From assembly GCA_012728875.1 (NCBI GenBank), contig JAAYEF010000027.1, positions 16,546 to 80,545 of the forward strand: a DNA stretch of 64,000 bases, given 5' to 3'. Positions within the stretch are counted from its first letter, which is position 1. Every line of letters begins with the position of its first letter. This stretch comes from Candidatus Cloacimonadota bacterium. GTDB lineage: Bacteria > Cloacimonadota > Cloacimonadia > Cloacimonadales > Cloacimonadaceae. Position numbers and translations under genes: made by a program. Under the pieces are notes generated by a model, which was not told where the DNA came from, ran no database searches, and worked only from the letters and a program-made list of their open reading frames with translations. Positions 38,388-47,446 of this stretch are shown here, piece after piece.

Positions 38388-38995
38388 AAAAACGCGCCTT
38401 TTTTTGGTTGTTGATCACAGCTTTGGCTTTGCTGCTCTCGTCCTGTCTGGTCCATTCCAGCCTGATCTTTTTTGACAAGGACACGGCAGGCGTGCCAAAC
38501 TTGATTTCAAATCCCGGCTTCAGCGCCTATTCGCTGGATCCGCGGGATGCACTTTTGGGCTGGAACGTTTCTCTGCAAGGCGAAAGCGGCGTGGCCAAAA
38601 CCCCCGTTTTCATCGATGGGGAAGAGGCCATTCAGGGAAACACCTCCCTGCGTGTGGATGCCTCTCCAAACACGGTCGTAATTACATCCGACGCCTTTCG
38701 CATAAACCGCTACGGAGGCTACTATTCACGGCTTTGGACCAAATCCAGCCAGATCTCCGGACCGCAAATCACCCTGCGTTTCATCACCTTCCAAAACAAC
38801 GGCAAGCTGGATCGCCAATATAAGATTAAGCAAAAAGCCAAGGACACATGGGACAAACAGACCATCAGTGCCGGATTTTTGAAGCCGGGTGTGGCCTTTG
38901 GACGATTGCAGATTGTGATTCCGCCTTTTGAACACGGCTGTGTTTGGTTGGACGACACCGGCTGCTGGGAGGTCCACCGCTTCAGAGTTGACTGA
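38384..38995 (+). CDS. Lipoprotein with a CBM4/9-like (galactose-binding-like) beta-sandwich pattern
   Basis: Lipobox LLLSSC. NPGFS...LLGWNV...GNTSLRV...YYSRLWTK...VWLDD follows the N.gFE..W...G..sl.v...Y.ls.w.k...v.iDD pattern of CenC-type modules. Start overlaps the rodA stop. Confidence 0.5.
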   Translation: MKKRAFFWLLITALALLLSSCLVHSSLIFFDKDTAGVPNLISNPGFSAYSLDPRDALLGWNVSLQGESGVAKTPVFIDGEEAIQGNTSLRVDASPNTVVITSDAFRINRYGGYYSRLWTKSSQISGPQITLRFITFQNNGKLDRQYKIKQKAKDTWDKQTISAGFLKPGVAFGRLQIVIPPFEHGCVWLDDTGCWEVHRFRVD

Positions 38996-39432
38996 TGCGG
39001 ATCCTGATCCAGCGCGTTTTGAACGCCAAGGTGGAGGTGGAGGGCAAAATCTGCGGTCAGATCGGCAGGGGCTATCTGGTTTTTGTGGGCTTTGGACCCC
39101 AGGACACGGAGGCACTGCTGCCGCTTGCCGCAAAAAAGGTTATGGAATTGCGAGCTTTCAGCGATGAACAGGGTCGCCTGAATCTTTCGCTCAGAGATGT
39201 GGGAGGCTCGCTGCTGCTGGTTTCACAATTCACCCTCTACGCCAGCCTGGCACGGGGACGCAGACCGGATTTCACCCCCGCCGCGCCACCTGAACTGGCT
39301 GAAAGTCTTTACGATAAATTTGTGGAAATCCTCTCGCAAACGGATATTCCGCTGCAGACCGGCATCTTTGGGGCTGATATGAAAGTGTCTTTGCTAAACG
39401 ACGGACCCGTGACCCTGAGCATGGAGTTTTAA
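38995..39432 (+). CDS. dtd: D-aminoacyl-tRNA deacylase
   Basis: 145 aa. MRILIQRV...GRGYLVFVGF...VSQFTLYA and the C-terminal NDGPVTL motifs. ATG overlaps the preceding TGA. Confidence 0.9.
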   Translation: MRILIQRVLNAKVEVEGKICGQIGRGYLVFVGFGPQDTEALLPLAAKKVMELRAFSDEQGRLNLSLRDVGGSLLLVSQFTLYASLARGRRPDFTPAAPPELAESLYDKFVEILSQTDIPLQTGIFGADMKVSLLNDGPVTLSMEF

Positions 39433-39571
39433 CGGTCTACCCCCCCTTCCTTCTTGAGCCCATCCTTGTTCGTCCCGGCTTCGCACACGACAGCCACCCG
39501 CCTTTTTGGCGGGTGGGAGAGGAGGATGCAGGGTGCGGCTGTGTTTATGGGCTCAAGGAGCGGGCAAAGAA

Positions 39572-39593
39572 AAACCCCGCCGAAGCGGGGTTT
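39572..39593 (-). terminator. Rho-independent terminator of the minus-strand chaperone gene
   Basis: AAACCCCGC-TTCG-GCGGGGTTT hairpin followed by TTTTTCT on the minus strand, 26 nt after the stop at 39619. Confidence 0.65.
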
Positions 39594-39618
39594 GATGTGT
39601 ATGCGAGGCATTGTCACG

Positions 39619-41649
39619 TTAGTCTTCAATTTCCAAAACGACGTTCCCTTCCAGGGAGTCGATCATAAACTGAGCCGATTCGTTCAATTCACCCTGGGGA
39701 TATTTTCTCAAGAATGACTTGAAAAGCTCGATGGCGCCGGCTTCATCCTTCACTTCTTCTGCCACCAGAAACGCCTTCATGAAAGAGGCGCGATAGTCGT
39801 CTGAACCGTTGGCATAGTGGGTGATGATTTGGTCGTAATATGAGATGGCAGCGGCGAAATTGCGCTGTCTGGCTGCGTTGTCTGCAATGTTGAACAGCTC
39901 TTCCGCGGTGAGGGAGAGGGTGATGCGCTCGGGGTAGTGCTTCAGGTTGAATTCCTGCATGAGCTCTTTGGTGACCTCTTCCTGTCTGCTGGCCTGTTTT
40001 TGGTTTTTCAGGATTCCGTAGATGCGGGGCTCCACTTCGGTGAAGTTTTGCGCTTTGGCAGGGGCTTCATCCAGAGTGCGGAAAAAGAGGATGTCGCCGC
40101 GGGTGGAGGTGAAAACCGGGCTGATGAAGCCGATGGGGTTTTCCCAGATCATGTTGCAGAAATGTTCGTCCGGACCGATGCCGGTGATGATGCCATTATT
40201 ATAGATATTGTCCAGTGTGCTCACCTGGGGACGGATGGATTTTTCCTGAATCAATTTATCGATGCGTTTGCGGTTTTTGAACTTCAGGTAGAGCTTATAT
40301 TCCGACAGGGCTTTTTCTGCCACCTTGGCGTCGTTGAACCACAGTACTTCGATTTTGCGGTTGGCGGGAGTGGTGTAGGATTCGATGTTCTCATCATAGA
40401 AAGCGCGGTTTTCCTCACTGCTGACTTCGATGGTATCCACCACCAACTGGCGGAACGCTTTGCTTAGGATGTAGAAGCGGCGCATTTGCTCATATTCTGG
40501 CATTTGGTGCACATAGCGTCCATAGTCCTGTTCCACAGCCTCGGCATGGAGCAGGGCGCGTGCCAGTTCCTGATCCAAAAGGTTTTGAGCGGCGTCCGGA
40601 TCCTTGCGATAGAACATCTGTTCCTGCGGTGAAAGCTGGGCATAGCGGTCCAAAAGCAGTCCCACGTTGATATTGAGGTTCGGGTTGTTTGAACGGATGA
40701 GGTTCACATCCATGATTTCGCTGTTGTTTTCGCGGTTGTTCAGGTCGATTTCTGAAAGGCGGCTGGTTTCCACTTCCACTTCAAACTTTTCTTTCAGGCG
40801 CAGCTTGAGGTCTTCCATCAGCCTGCTTTCCACTCCGGGACGGGCGCGCAGATCCAGTTCAGACTGCACTTCCTCATAGGTTTTATAGCGTCCGGGTCTG
40901 TGGTTCAGGGTGCGGAAAAGGTGCCAGCCGGTGTTGGTTTTATAGGGTCCGTAAACTTCTGTTTGGCTCACTTCGGAATCGCTGATCAGTTTTTCCAGTT
41001 CGATGTCGTTGCCCACTCCGGGCACGTTGCCGTTCAGACGCACGTTTTTGATGAGCCCCTTCAGGCCCTTGGCATAGCTGTTGATATTATATTCATCGGA
41101 AACATCGGCAAAGCTTGCGCCGGCTTTCAGCTTGGCGATGGCGGCCAGAGCGGAGTCTTCGTCGGCAGCTTGGATATATTCGATGGTGAGGTTGGGAAAT
41201 TCAAAATATGCCTGCTTGTTGTCTTCATAATAGCGAAGTTTATCGGCTTCGGTTACGATCACAAGGTCGCTCACGTTGCGTTTGTAAAACTCCTGGATGA
41301 AGAACTGGCGTTCGCCTTCGGCAATTTTTTGCAAAATCTCGGGATCTTTGTCCAAGCCCAACTTGGCGGATTTTGCCATGAACATTTCCTCCATGATGAG
41401 GGCGTCCAGAACCTGGGTTTGCCCATCCATGGTGCGATAGCGTGCCTGCTGGTTTTGCGGCAGGCGGCTGATGCGATCGTCAAGATCCTTGCGGGTGATG
41501 GTTCCGCCATCAAACTCCGCCAGGATATCTTCTTGGTTTATCAGATTTGGTTTTTGTGCAATTATCACAGGTGTGCCAGATTGGGCAAAAAGATTTGCCG
41601 TGCCCACAGCCAGTAGAAGCATAACTATTACCCAGCGTAGGTTTTGCAT
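39619..41649 (-). CDS. Periplasmic PpiD/SurA-like chaperone with a parvulin PPIase domain and a C-terminal TPR-like region
   Basis: Signal peptide/anchor. SurA-N-like helical region. Parvulin motif (GPYKTNTGWHLFRTL). 676 aa. Confidence 0.75.
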   Translation of the reverse strand: MQNLRWVIVMLLLAVGTANLFAQSGTPVIIAQKPNLINQEDILAEFDGGTITRKDLDDRISRLPQNQQARYRTMDGQTQVLDALIMEEMFMAKSAKLGLDKDPEILQKIAEGERQFFIQEFYKRNVSDLVIVTEADKLRYYEDNKQAYFEFPNLTIEYIQAADEDSALAAIAKLKAGASFADVSDEYNINSYAKGLKGLIKNVRLNGNVPGVGNDIELEKLISDSEVSQTEVYGPYKTNTGWHLFRTLNHRPGRYKTYEEVQSELDLRARPGVESRLMEDLKLRLKEKFEVEVETSRLSEIDLNNRENNSEIMDVNLIRSNNPNLNINVGLLLDRYAQLSPQEQMFYRKDPDAAQNLLDQELARALLHAEAVEQDYGRYVHQMPEYEQMRRFYILSKAFRQLVVDTIEVSSEENRAFYDENIESYTTPANRKIEVLWFNDAKVAEKALSEYKLYLKFKNRKRIDKLIQEKSIRPQVSTLDNIYNNGIITGIGPDEHFCNMIWENPIGFISPVFTSTRGDILFFRTLDEAPAKAQNFTEVEPRIYGILKNQKQASRQEEVTKELMQEFNLKHYPERITLSLTAEELFNIADNAARQRNFAAAISYYDQIITHYANGSDDYRASFMKAFLVAEEVKDEAGAIELFKSFLRKYPQGELNESAQFMIDSLEGNVVLEIED

Positions 41650-41764
41650 GTTTATCTCCTTAGATCAGATTCTATTGTTTTTTCGATTTCCTAAAAAAAT
41701 GTGGACAAGAAAACGTCAAGGGATTTATTGTATTCAAATGGCAGATGAAAATTTGAACAAGAAT

Positions 41765-41780
41765 TGGCACGTAATGTGCA
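41765..41780 (+). promoter_or_regulatory. Sigma-54 (-24/-12) promoter upstream of the pilin gene
   Basis: TGGCAC-GTAAT-GTGCA against the consensus TGGCAC-N5-TTGCW. GG and GC are separated by exactly 10 nt. Lies 46 nt upstream of the pilA ATG (RBS AAGGAGG at 41813-41819). Confidence 0.6.
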
Positions 41781-41825
41781 AATATATTCAAAACCCAAAA
41801 AAAACCATTCCCAAGGAGGAATACA

Positions 41826-42269
41826 ATGCTCAGTAAAGTGAGACAGCAAAAGGGTTTTACCCTGATCGAAGTTCTGGTGGTGGTGATCATCGTCGCCATC
41901 CTTGCCGCCCTGGCGGTTCCGATCTATATGCGCCACGTGGAACGTTCCCGCTCCAGTGAAGCTCAGACCGCCATTTCCGCGATTCGCAACACCTACAACG
42001 TTCGCCGTCAAAGCTATGGCAGCACCCAGGGTTTCACCATTGAAGATGCAATGAAGGAAACCAATCTGGGCGAAAGCACCATCAAAAACTGGAAATTTGA
42101 AGTTACCGGCAACCCTCCCACCAAATATATTGCCACCTCCACAGACGATTTTCCCGGTGGAGCCGACAAGCAGGTTTGGTATGACGTGAAGGAAGCGAAA
42201 TTCCACGGCTACGGGATTGATCAGTTCACCAATCCTGACACGGAAGGCGTGGACACCGAAAGCGAATAA
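41826..42269 (+). CDS. pilA: Type IV major pilin
   Basis: Class III signal MLSKVRQQKG|FTLIEVLVVVIIVAILAALAVPIY with Gly-1, Phe+1 and Glu+5. 147 aa. Confidence 0.85.
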   Translation: MLSKVRQQKGFTLIEVLVVVIIVAILAALAVPIYMRHVERSRSSEAQTAISAIRNTYNVRRQSYGSTQGFTIEDAMKETNLGESTIKNWKFEVTGNPPTKYIATSTDDFPGGADKQVWYDVKEAKFHGYGIDQFTNPDTEGVDTESE

Positions 42270-42284
42270 GCCGGAGGCACAAGC

Positions 42285-43343
42285 TTGACTATCCATGAAC
42301 TTTTGCGCTTTACAGCGGAAGCGGGAGCCTCGGACCTTCATATAGCGGCCGGGGCTCACCCCATGGTGCGGGTGAACGGCAAAATGAAGCGCCTGAACCT
42401 GCCCGTGCTTTCCCCCACTGAGGTGGAGGCTCTGGTGTTTGGTGTGATGAACGAAGTCCAGCAGGAGATGTTCAAAGACCAACTTGAGATCGACTTTTCC
42501 ACCAAGCTGGGCGAAGATGTCCGCTTCCGTGTGAACGCATTCCATCAGATCAACGGAGTTTCCTGTGCCTTCCGCGTGATTCCAAATGAGATCAAAAGCT
42601 ATGAGGAACTGCGCCTGCCGGATATTCTGAGAAAGCTGACCACCAAGGAAAAGGGATTGATCCTGGTGACAGGACCCACCGGCAGCGGAAAATCCACCAC
42701 CCTTGCCACAATGATCGACTCGATCAACGACAACCGTCACTGCCACATCATCACCATCGAAGACCCCATCGAATTTGTGCACCAAAGCAAAAACAGCCTG
42801 GTGAACCAGCGCGAACTGGGGCACGACACCCGCAGCTTCACGATTGCGCTCAGAAGTGCGCTGCGTGAAGACCCGGACGTGATCCTTGTGGGTGAAATGC
42901 GTGACTTGGAGACGGTGTCATTGGCGTTGACAGCGGCTGAAACGGGACACTTGGTTTTTGCCACGCTCCACACAGGAAGCTGCACAAAATCCATCGACCG
43001 TGTGATCGATATGTATCCCAAGGAACAGCAGCAGCAGGTTCGCTCCATGCTTTCCGAATCCCTGGAAGCGGTGCTTTCCCAAACCCTTTTGCCCACCAAA
43101 GACGGAAAGGGCAGGGTGCCCGCGCTGGAAATCATGGTGGCAAACACCGCGGTGAGAAACCTGATTCGTGAAGAAAAGACTTATCAGATTCCCTCAATCA
43201 TCCAGGCCAGCACAAAGGAAGGAATGCAAACCCGCGACCAATCGCTGTATAACCTGGTGATGAACAATCTGGTGGAACGCACTGTGGCTGAGGAATTTGC
43301 TGAAAATCCCAAGCAATTTGCCACCGGCACCGGTTTCGTTTGA
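42285..43343 (+). CDS. pilT: Twitching-motility retraction ATPase PilT
   Basis: The TTG-start N-terminus MTIHELLRFTAEAGASDLHI parallels the canonical PilT N-terminus. Walker A GPTGSGKSTT, plus Asp box, Walker B and His box (VFATLHT). 352 aa. Confidence 0.9.
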   Translation: MTIHELLRFTAEAGASDLHIAAGAHPMVRVNGKMKRLNLPVLSPTEVEALVFGVMNEVQQEMFKDQLEIDFSTKLGEDVRFRVNAFHQINGVSCAFRVIPNEIKSYEELRLPDILRKLTTKEKGLILVTGPTGSGKSTTLATMIDSINDNRHCHIITIEDPIEFVHQSKNSLVNQRELGHDTRSFTIALRSALREDPDVILVGEMRDLETVSLALTAAETGHLVFATLHTGSCTKSIDRVIDMYPKEQQQQVRSMLSESLEAVLSQTLLPTKDGKGRVPALEIMVANTAVRNLIREEKTYQIPSIIQASTKEGMQTRDQSLYNLVMNNLVERTVAEEFAENPKQFATGTGFV

Positions 43344-43801
43344 TGAAAACTGATTCAGCTTCTGTGAAAAAACCTTGGTTTGCCCTGTTGCGGCGTCAGC
43401 GCGGCATCACTCTGATCGAAACCGTTGCTGTGGCGGCGGTTATCGCTCTTTTGGTGGTTACCATCTACATTGGCGTGATCTATGCTGAAAAGCAACTGCT
43501 CACAAACTATCGGGATCGTGTGGTCACGCTGCTTTTATCTGGCGAACTAGATATGGAATACTATCGTCACAGCCGCGGCAAGCCTTTTGAACTGCAGTTG
43601 AACAAGGATTATATCATTGACGACAGTGACCCGGACAACATTTTGGTGGGCAGGATGACGGTTGAACCGAGAAATGCTCAGGAGACCTCGAACGAGCAGC
43701 TCTTCAACTATCGCATCCTGGAAGCAAAAATGACCTGGACCGACACCGCCACAAAAAAACCGCGCATGCTCTCGATGCGGGAAGACTATTTCCTTCCATG
43801 A
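43340..43801 (+). CDS. Prepilin-type minor pilin / pseudopilin
   Basis: RRQRG|ITLIETVAVAAVIALLVV class III signal with Glu+5. The leader is unusually long (~22 aa). ATGA overlap with pilT. Confidence 0.7.
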   Translation: MMKTDSASVKKPWFALLRRQRGITLIETVAVAAVIALLVVTIYIGVIYAEKQLLTNYRDRVVTLLLSGELDMEYYRHSRGKPFELQLNKDYIIDDSDPDNILVGRMTVEPRNAQETSNEQLFNYRILEAKMTWTDTATKKPRMLSMREDYFLP

Positions 43802-44415
43802 TGAACAGCAAAACTACATTCAAGAATTCGCTTTTAGGACGTCAACGCGGCGTGACCTTGGCCGAACTGCTGGTGGTGATCGCCATTTCCAGCATTTTGA
43901 TCCTGATCAGCTCGCTTGGCATTGGCATTTTCTTTCGCAAATATCGGGAGTTGAGCGCTTGGGCGGACTTGCAGACCGATGCCATTGACTGCATCAACCA
44001 GATCAAAAACGGTATTCCGGTTGGCCCCGAAGGGAACAAGGAATATTTCGGCGTGGTGAATGCCATTGACCTGGAACTTACAAACACCACCACAAACAGC
44101 TCCACCGGCCTCAGAATCACCCCGCCCAGCCAAAGCACTCTCCAAACTCCGGATTTTGCCCACTTCTACCTTTACGACGGAGCGGTGCGCTGCAACTATT
44201 CCCATCACGGTGTTCAGATTGCTTCTCCGCTCTACGTGTTTCCCAAACAGGAAAATCTGGATAAAGTGATCGTGGATAAATTTCTGTTCACCAAGGTGAA
44301 CGACTATGCGGATAGAGACATTTTGGTGTTGCAGCTTGAGCTGAATGCCCGGGTGCGCACCGGAGAAGACCGATACCGCGAGGTGAAGTTTAAAACCAAG
44401 ATGGCCAAGAAATAA
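43798..44415 (+). CDS. Prepilin-type minor pilin / pseudopilin
   Basis: GRQRG|VTLAELLVVIAISSILILI with Glu+5. 205 aa. ATGA overlap with the upstream gene. Confidence 0.7.
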   Translation: MMNSKTTFKNSLLGRQRGVTLAELLVVIAISSILILISSLGIGIFFRKYRELSAWADLQTDAIDCINQIKNGIPVGPEGNKEYFGVVNAIDLELTNTTTNSSTGLRITPPSQSTLQTPDFAHFYLYDGAVRCNYSHHGVQIASPLYVFPKQENLDKVIVDKFLFTKVNDYADRDILVLQLELNARVRTGEDRYREVKFKTKMAKK

Positions 44416-44445
44416 AGGAGACCATCCCAAATAAAGGGAGGAGAA

Positions 44446-46332
44446 ATGTTCAAGATGTTCAAACGCCCCAGCGGCAACATCGCTCTCGCGATGGTTTTGG
44501 CAGTGATCGGGGCGATGAGTGGATTTACTCTTTCCAGCTTGGCAATGCGAGATGTGGTTGCCTTCCAATATGATTACGAAGGACTGCAAACCACGATCTT
44601 TTTGCGTAGCGAAGCCTATCGCGGACAAAAGATTGCGCAAAGACTGGGTGTGGTATTTATTCCTGTGAAAACCAGCGAACGAAACGTTGAAATCTCGCAC
44701 TCCGCCATGAGGAAAACCTTTAAGATCCAATCCCTGCTTTCACAGGGGGATTTGGTTTCCACCACGGATGACGTGGTGATTGGCGACCAAGCCCAGCGCA
44801 CCATTGTGAAATCCCTGGTGAAAACCAAGGCTGGAATCGGGCAGACAGCGATGATGAATCCGAAGTATTCCATGATAAAAAAATATGGAATCTACACCCT
44901 GGAGACCGAAACTTTTGCCAAATTCATGTATTTTACGGATACGGACGAATCCCCCAACGAAACAAACGTCTATTTCCACGGACCGGACATCTTGCATGGC
45001 AGGGTGCACAGCAATACAAACATTTGGATCAAAAAGACCACCGGTGGTGTAAACAACGGCTGGCCTGTGTTTTATGGCTGGGTTTCCACCCATGGTGAGG
45101 TGGTGTCGTTTTCCGGTTCCTACAACGAAAACGAGGTTTTCCAAGGCGGACTTTCCGAAGGATATGCCTACACCGTTTTTCCCGAAGAAGCCTCCAGCAT
45201 CCGCAGAAGGGGCAACGTTGTGGGTCCGAACTACAACAACCCAAACGTCATCATGTATGTGGATGTGAACAACCGCGGCTATACAGCCTATATTGGAGAA
45301 GTTCAAAGTCCCCGTGCTGAAACTGTGGATGTTTTCAACCCGTATCCACCCGAAAATCCCGATACTTACCTCTATCAAAACCAATACACTGTGCGGGACA
45401 CAATCTGGGACTTTTATGAAAACGGAACCTGCCAAAACCAATCCAAGTGGGTGCACAACAAGCTTTGGATAAAAGGAAAATTCGGCTCATACCAAACCTG
45501 GGGCTGCGGAGACACGCTGTTCCTTCTGGACGACATTTTGCTGCAAGGCACACCCAGAGGCACAAATCCCATCTCAAACGTAACCGACGTGGTGGGCTTG
45601 GTTGCCGAAAAATCCATTGTGATTAAATATGGCTACTGGGACCCCGTGGATACCCTGAGGCATCATGACAACTGCGGTCCCGACACGGACTTTGGCGGAA
45701 TCTGGATCTATGCCGCGATGGCTGCCCTGGGCAAGGGCGGGCCTTTGCATCCGCAGGGAGATGGAGTTTTCACCTTTGAATATCAGCATCCGCATCCCTC
45801 GGTGCCGGATGTGAGGGTGAACAACGTGCTCTACACCAAGATTGACCTCAGGCGCTACCGCTTTCCACACAGAACCAGCTATTACTGGGCTTCAAACACT
45901 GCGAACAACCGCAACCTGAGGATCGACTACCCTTGGTACAATCCGCTCTGGCCGGAAAGATTGCCATATCTGGAACGCGGCTACATCAGCATCTACGGTT
46001 CGGTTTCCCAGCGCAGAAGGGGCTTTGTGCACAGAAGCTACTACGACATCGAATGGCCTTCCTACAACGATTGGGATCAGCCAATCGACTATTGCGGGCC
46101 TTCCAGTTCGCCCGGCGATGTGGGACACAACGACCCCGTTTTCGGTTTCCAGCTTACAAACATAAACTATCCCGGAGCCTCTGGTTCCGGCACAGGCTAC
46201 AAGAAAAACTATTATTACGACGACAGATTTTACAGAACCTCACCCATCGATTTTCCAGAGGTGAATAGAGAAGACGAAACTCCGTTTGCTGCAGTGAACT
46301 GGGTGATCAAGCCTCCTCCGGAAAGCTTGTGA
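44446..46332 (+). CDS. Large (628 aa) PilX/GspK-like pilus-associated protein
   Basis: N-terminal KRPSG|NIALAMVLAVIGAMSGFTLSSLA hydrophobic segment without Glu+5, as in PilX_N/GspK-type proteins. The remainder has no motif I recognise. Sits between the minor pilins and pilM. Confidence 0.5.
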   Translation: MFKMFKRPSGNIALAMVLAVIGAMSGFTLSSLAMRDVVAFQYDYEGLQTTIFLRSEAYRGQKIAQRLGVVFIPVKTSERNVEISHSAMRKTFKIQSLLSQGDLVSTTDDVVIGDQAQRTIVKSLVKTKAGIGQTAMMNPKYSMIKKYGIYTLETETFAKFMYFTDTDESPNETNVYFHGPDILHGRVHSNTNIWIKKTTGGVNNGWPVFYGWVSTHGEVVSFSGSYNENEVFQGGLSEGYAYTVFPEEASSIRRRGNVVGPNYNNPNVIMYVDVNNRGYTAYIGEVQSPRAETVDVFNPYPPENPDTYLYQNQYTVRDTIWDFYENGTCQNQSKWVHNKLWIKGKFGSYQTWGCGDTLFLLDDILLQGTPRGTNPISNVTDVVGLVAEKSIVIKYGYWDPVDTLRHHDNCGPDTDFGGIWIYAAMAALGKGGPLHPQGDGVFTFEYQHPHPSVPDVRVNNVLYTKIDLRRYRFPHRTSYYWASNTANNRNLRIDYPWYNPLWPERLPYLERGYISIYGSVSQRRRGFVHRSYYDIEWPSYNDWDQPIDYCGPSSSPGDVGHNDPVFGFQLTNINYPGASGSGTGYKKNYYYDDRFYRTSPIDFPEVNREDETPFAAVNWVIKPPPESL

Positions 46333-46365
46333 TAACGCGATCAATGTCATATAATAAGAGGAACG

Positions 46366-47436
46366 ATGAAGAAAGCTAAAACGATCAAATTCAAGGAATC
46401 GGTTGGTATCGACATCGGCAGCCACAGCATCAAAGTGGTGCATCTGAAAAGACTTCACGAAGGCTTTAAGCTGCTGAACTATGAAATCCGGCCCACTGTT
46501 CCCCACGGGGTGGAATATGTGCCCAGCGACCTGAGGCCAGACCGCCACGGGCCAATTCTGGTGGAGATATTGAAAACCCTGCGCATCAACCCCAAAAAGG
46601 TTCAACATCTGGTTTCCTCCGTGGGAGGGGACAACACCAGCATCAAGCAGATCAAAACCATTTTCCTGCCCGATGATGAACTGGAATCAGCGCTGTTTTT
46701 CGAAGCAAAAAAACACATCCCCATCAGCGGTTCGGACATGGTTTTGGATTATCAGGTGATCGATGTGGAAGAAAAAACGAACAACATGAACATTCTGTTG
46801 GCAGCAGCTTCCAAAGACCTGATGAACGAACACGCAAACGCGCTCGTGACGGCAGGGCTGTCTCCAAACATCGTGGACATCGATGCACTGGCAGTGGCAA
46901 ACAGCTTTTCCCTGAACGCTTTTGTGGAGGAAGGGGTGTATGTGCTTTTGAACCTGGGCGCCCACCGCACAAACATGGTGATCTGGGGTCCGGGGGCCAA
47001 ATTCTTTGCCCGCGACATTCCTTTTGGCGGTTACAACTTCACCCGCGACATCATGCGCAAACGCCAGATGGAATGGGAAGAAGCAGAAAACTACAAGCTG
47101 GAATGGGGCCTGATGGATGATCCTTCACGTGAAAGCGGCCAAACCATCAGTATGCTGGACATTTCGGAAAAATCCACCGAAGATGCGATCGTGGAAGAGC
47201 TGAGAAGATCCCTGCGCTTCTACGTAAAGGAAGCCGGCAACAGCGATTTTCGCAAGCTCTACATCATGGGCGGAACCGCCAAACTGAAAGGCTTGCAGGA
47301 ATATCTGGAGGAAAAGGTGAACATCCCCACCGACACTTTCATGCCCTTCATAAACGTGGAAATGCCGGAAAAATTCGCGGATAAAAAGGACCCGCAGCTG
47401 GCTTTGGCGATCGGCCTGGCTATGCGGCTGGAATAA
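46366..47436 (+). CDS. pilM: Type IV pilus assembly protein PilM (actin-like ATPase fold)
   Basis: GIDIGSHSIKVVHL phosphate-1 motif. 356 aa. Followed by genes with PilN/O-like topology. Confidence 0.85.
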   Translation: MKKAKTIKFKESVGIDIGSHSIKVVHLKRLHEGFKLLNYEIRPTVPHGVEYVPSDLRPDRHGPILVEILKTLRINPKKVQHLVSSVGGDNTSIKQIKTIFLPDDELESALFFEAKKHIPISGSDMVLDYQVIDVEEKTNNMNILLAAASKDLMNEHANALVTAGLSPNIVDIDALAVANSFSLNAFVEEGVYVLLNLGAHRTNMVIWGPGAKFFARDIPFGGYNFTRDIMRKRQMEWEEAENYKLEWGLMDDPSRESGQTISMLDISEKSTEDAIVEELRRSLRFYVKEAGNSDFRKLYIMGGTAKLKGLQEYLEEKVNIPTDTFMPFINVEMPEKFADKKDPQLALAIGLAMRLE

Positions 47437-47446
47437 GGACTTGAGT

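Noticed and set aside
39429-39717. ORFs 39429-39629 (-) and 39454-39717 (+) in and around the dtd/PpiD intergenic region.
   Set aside because: They run through hairpin/terminator sequences and into the 3' end of the PpiD-like gene. They have no RBS and implausible composition. The region is better explained as structured non-coding DNA.
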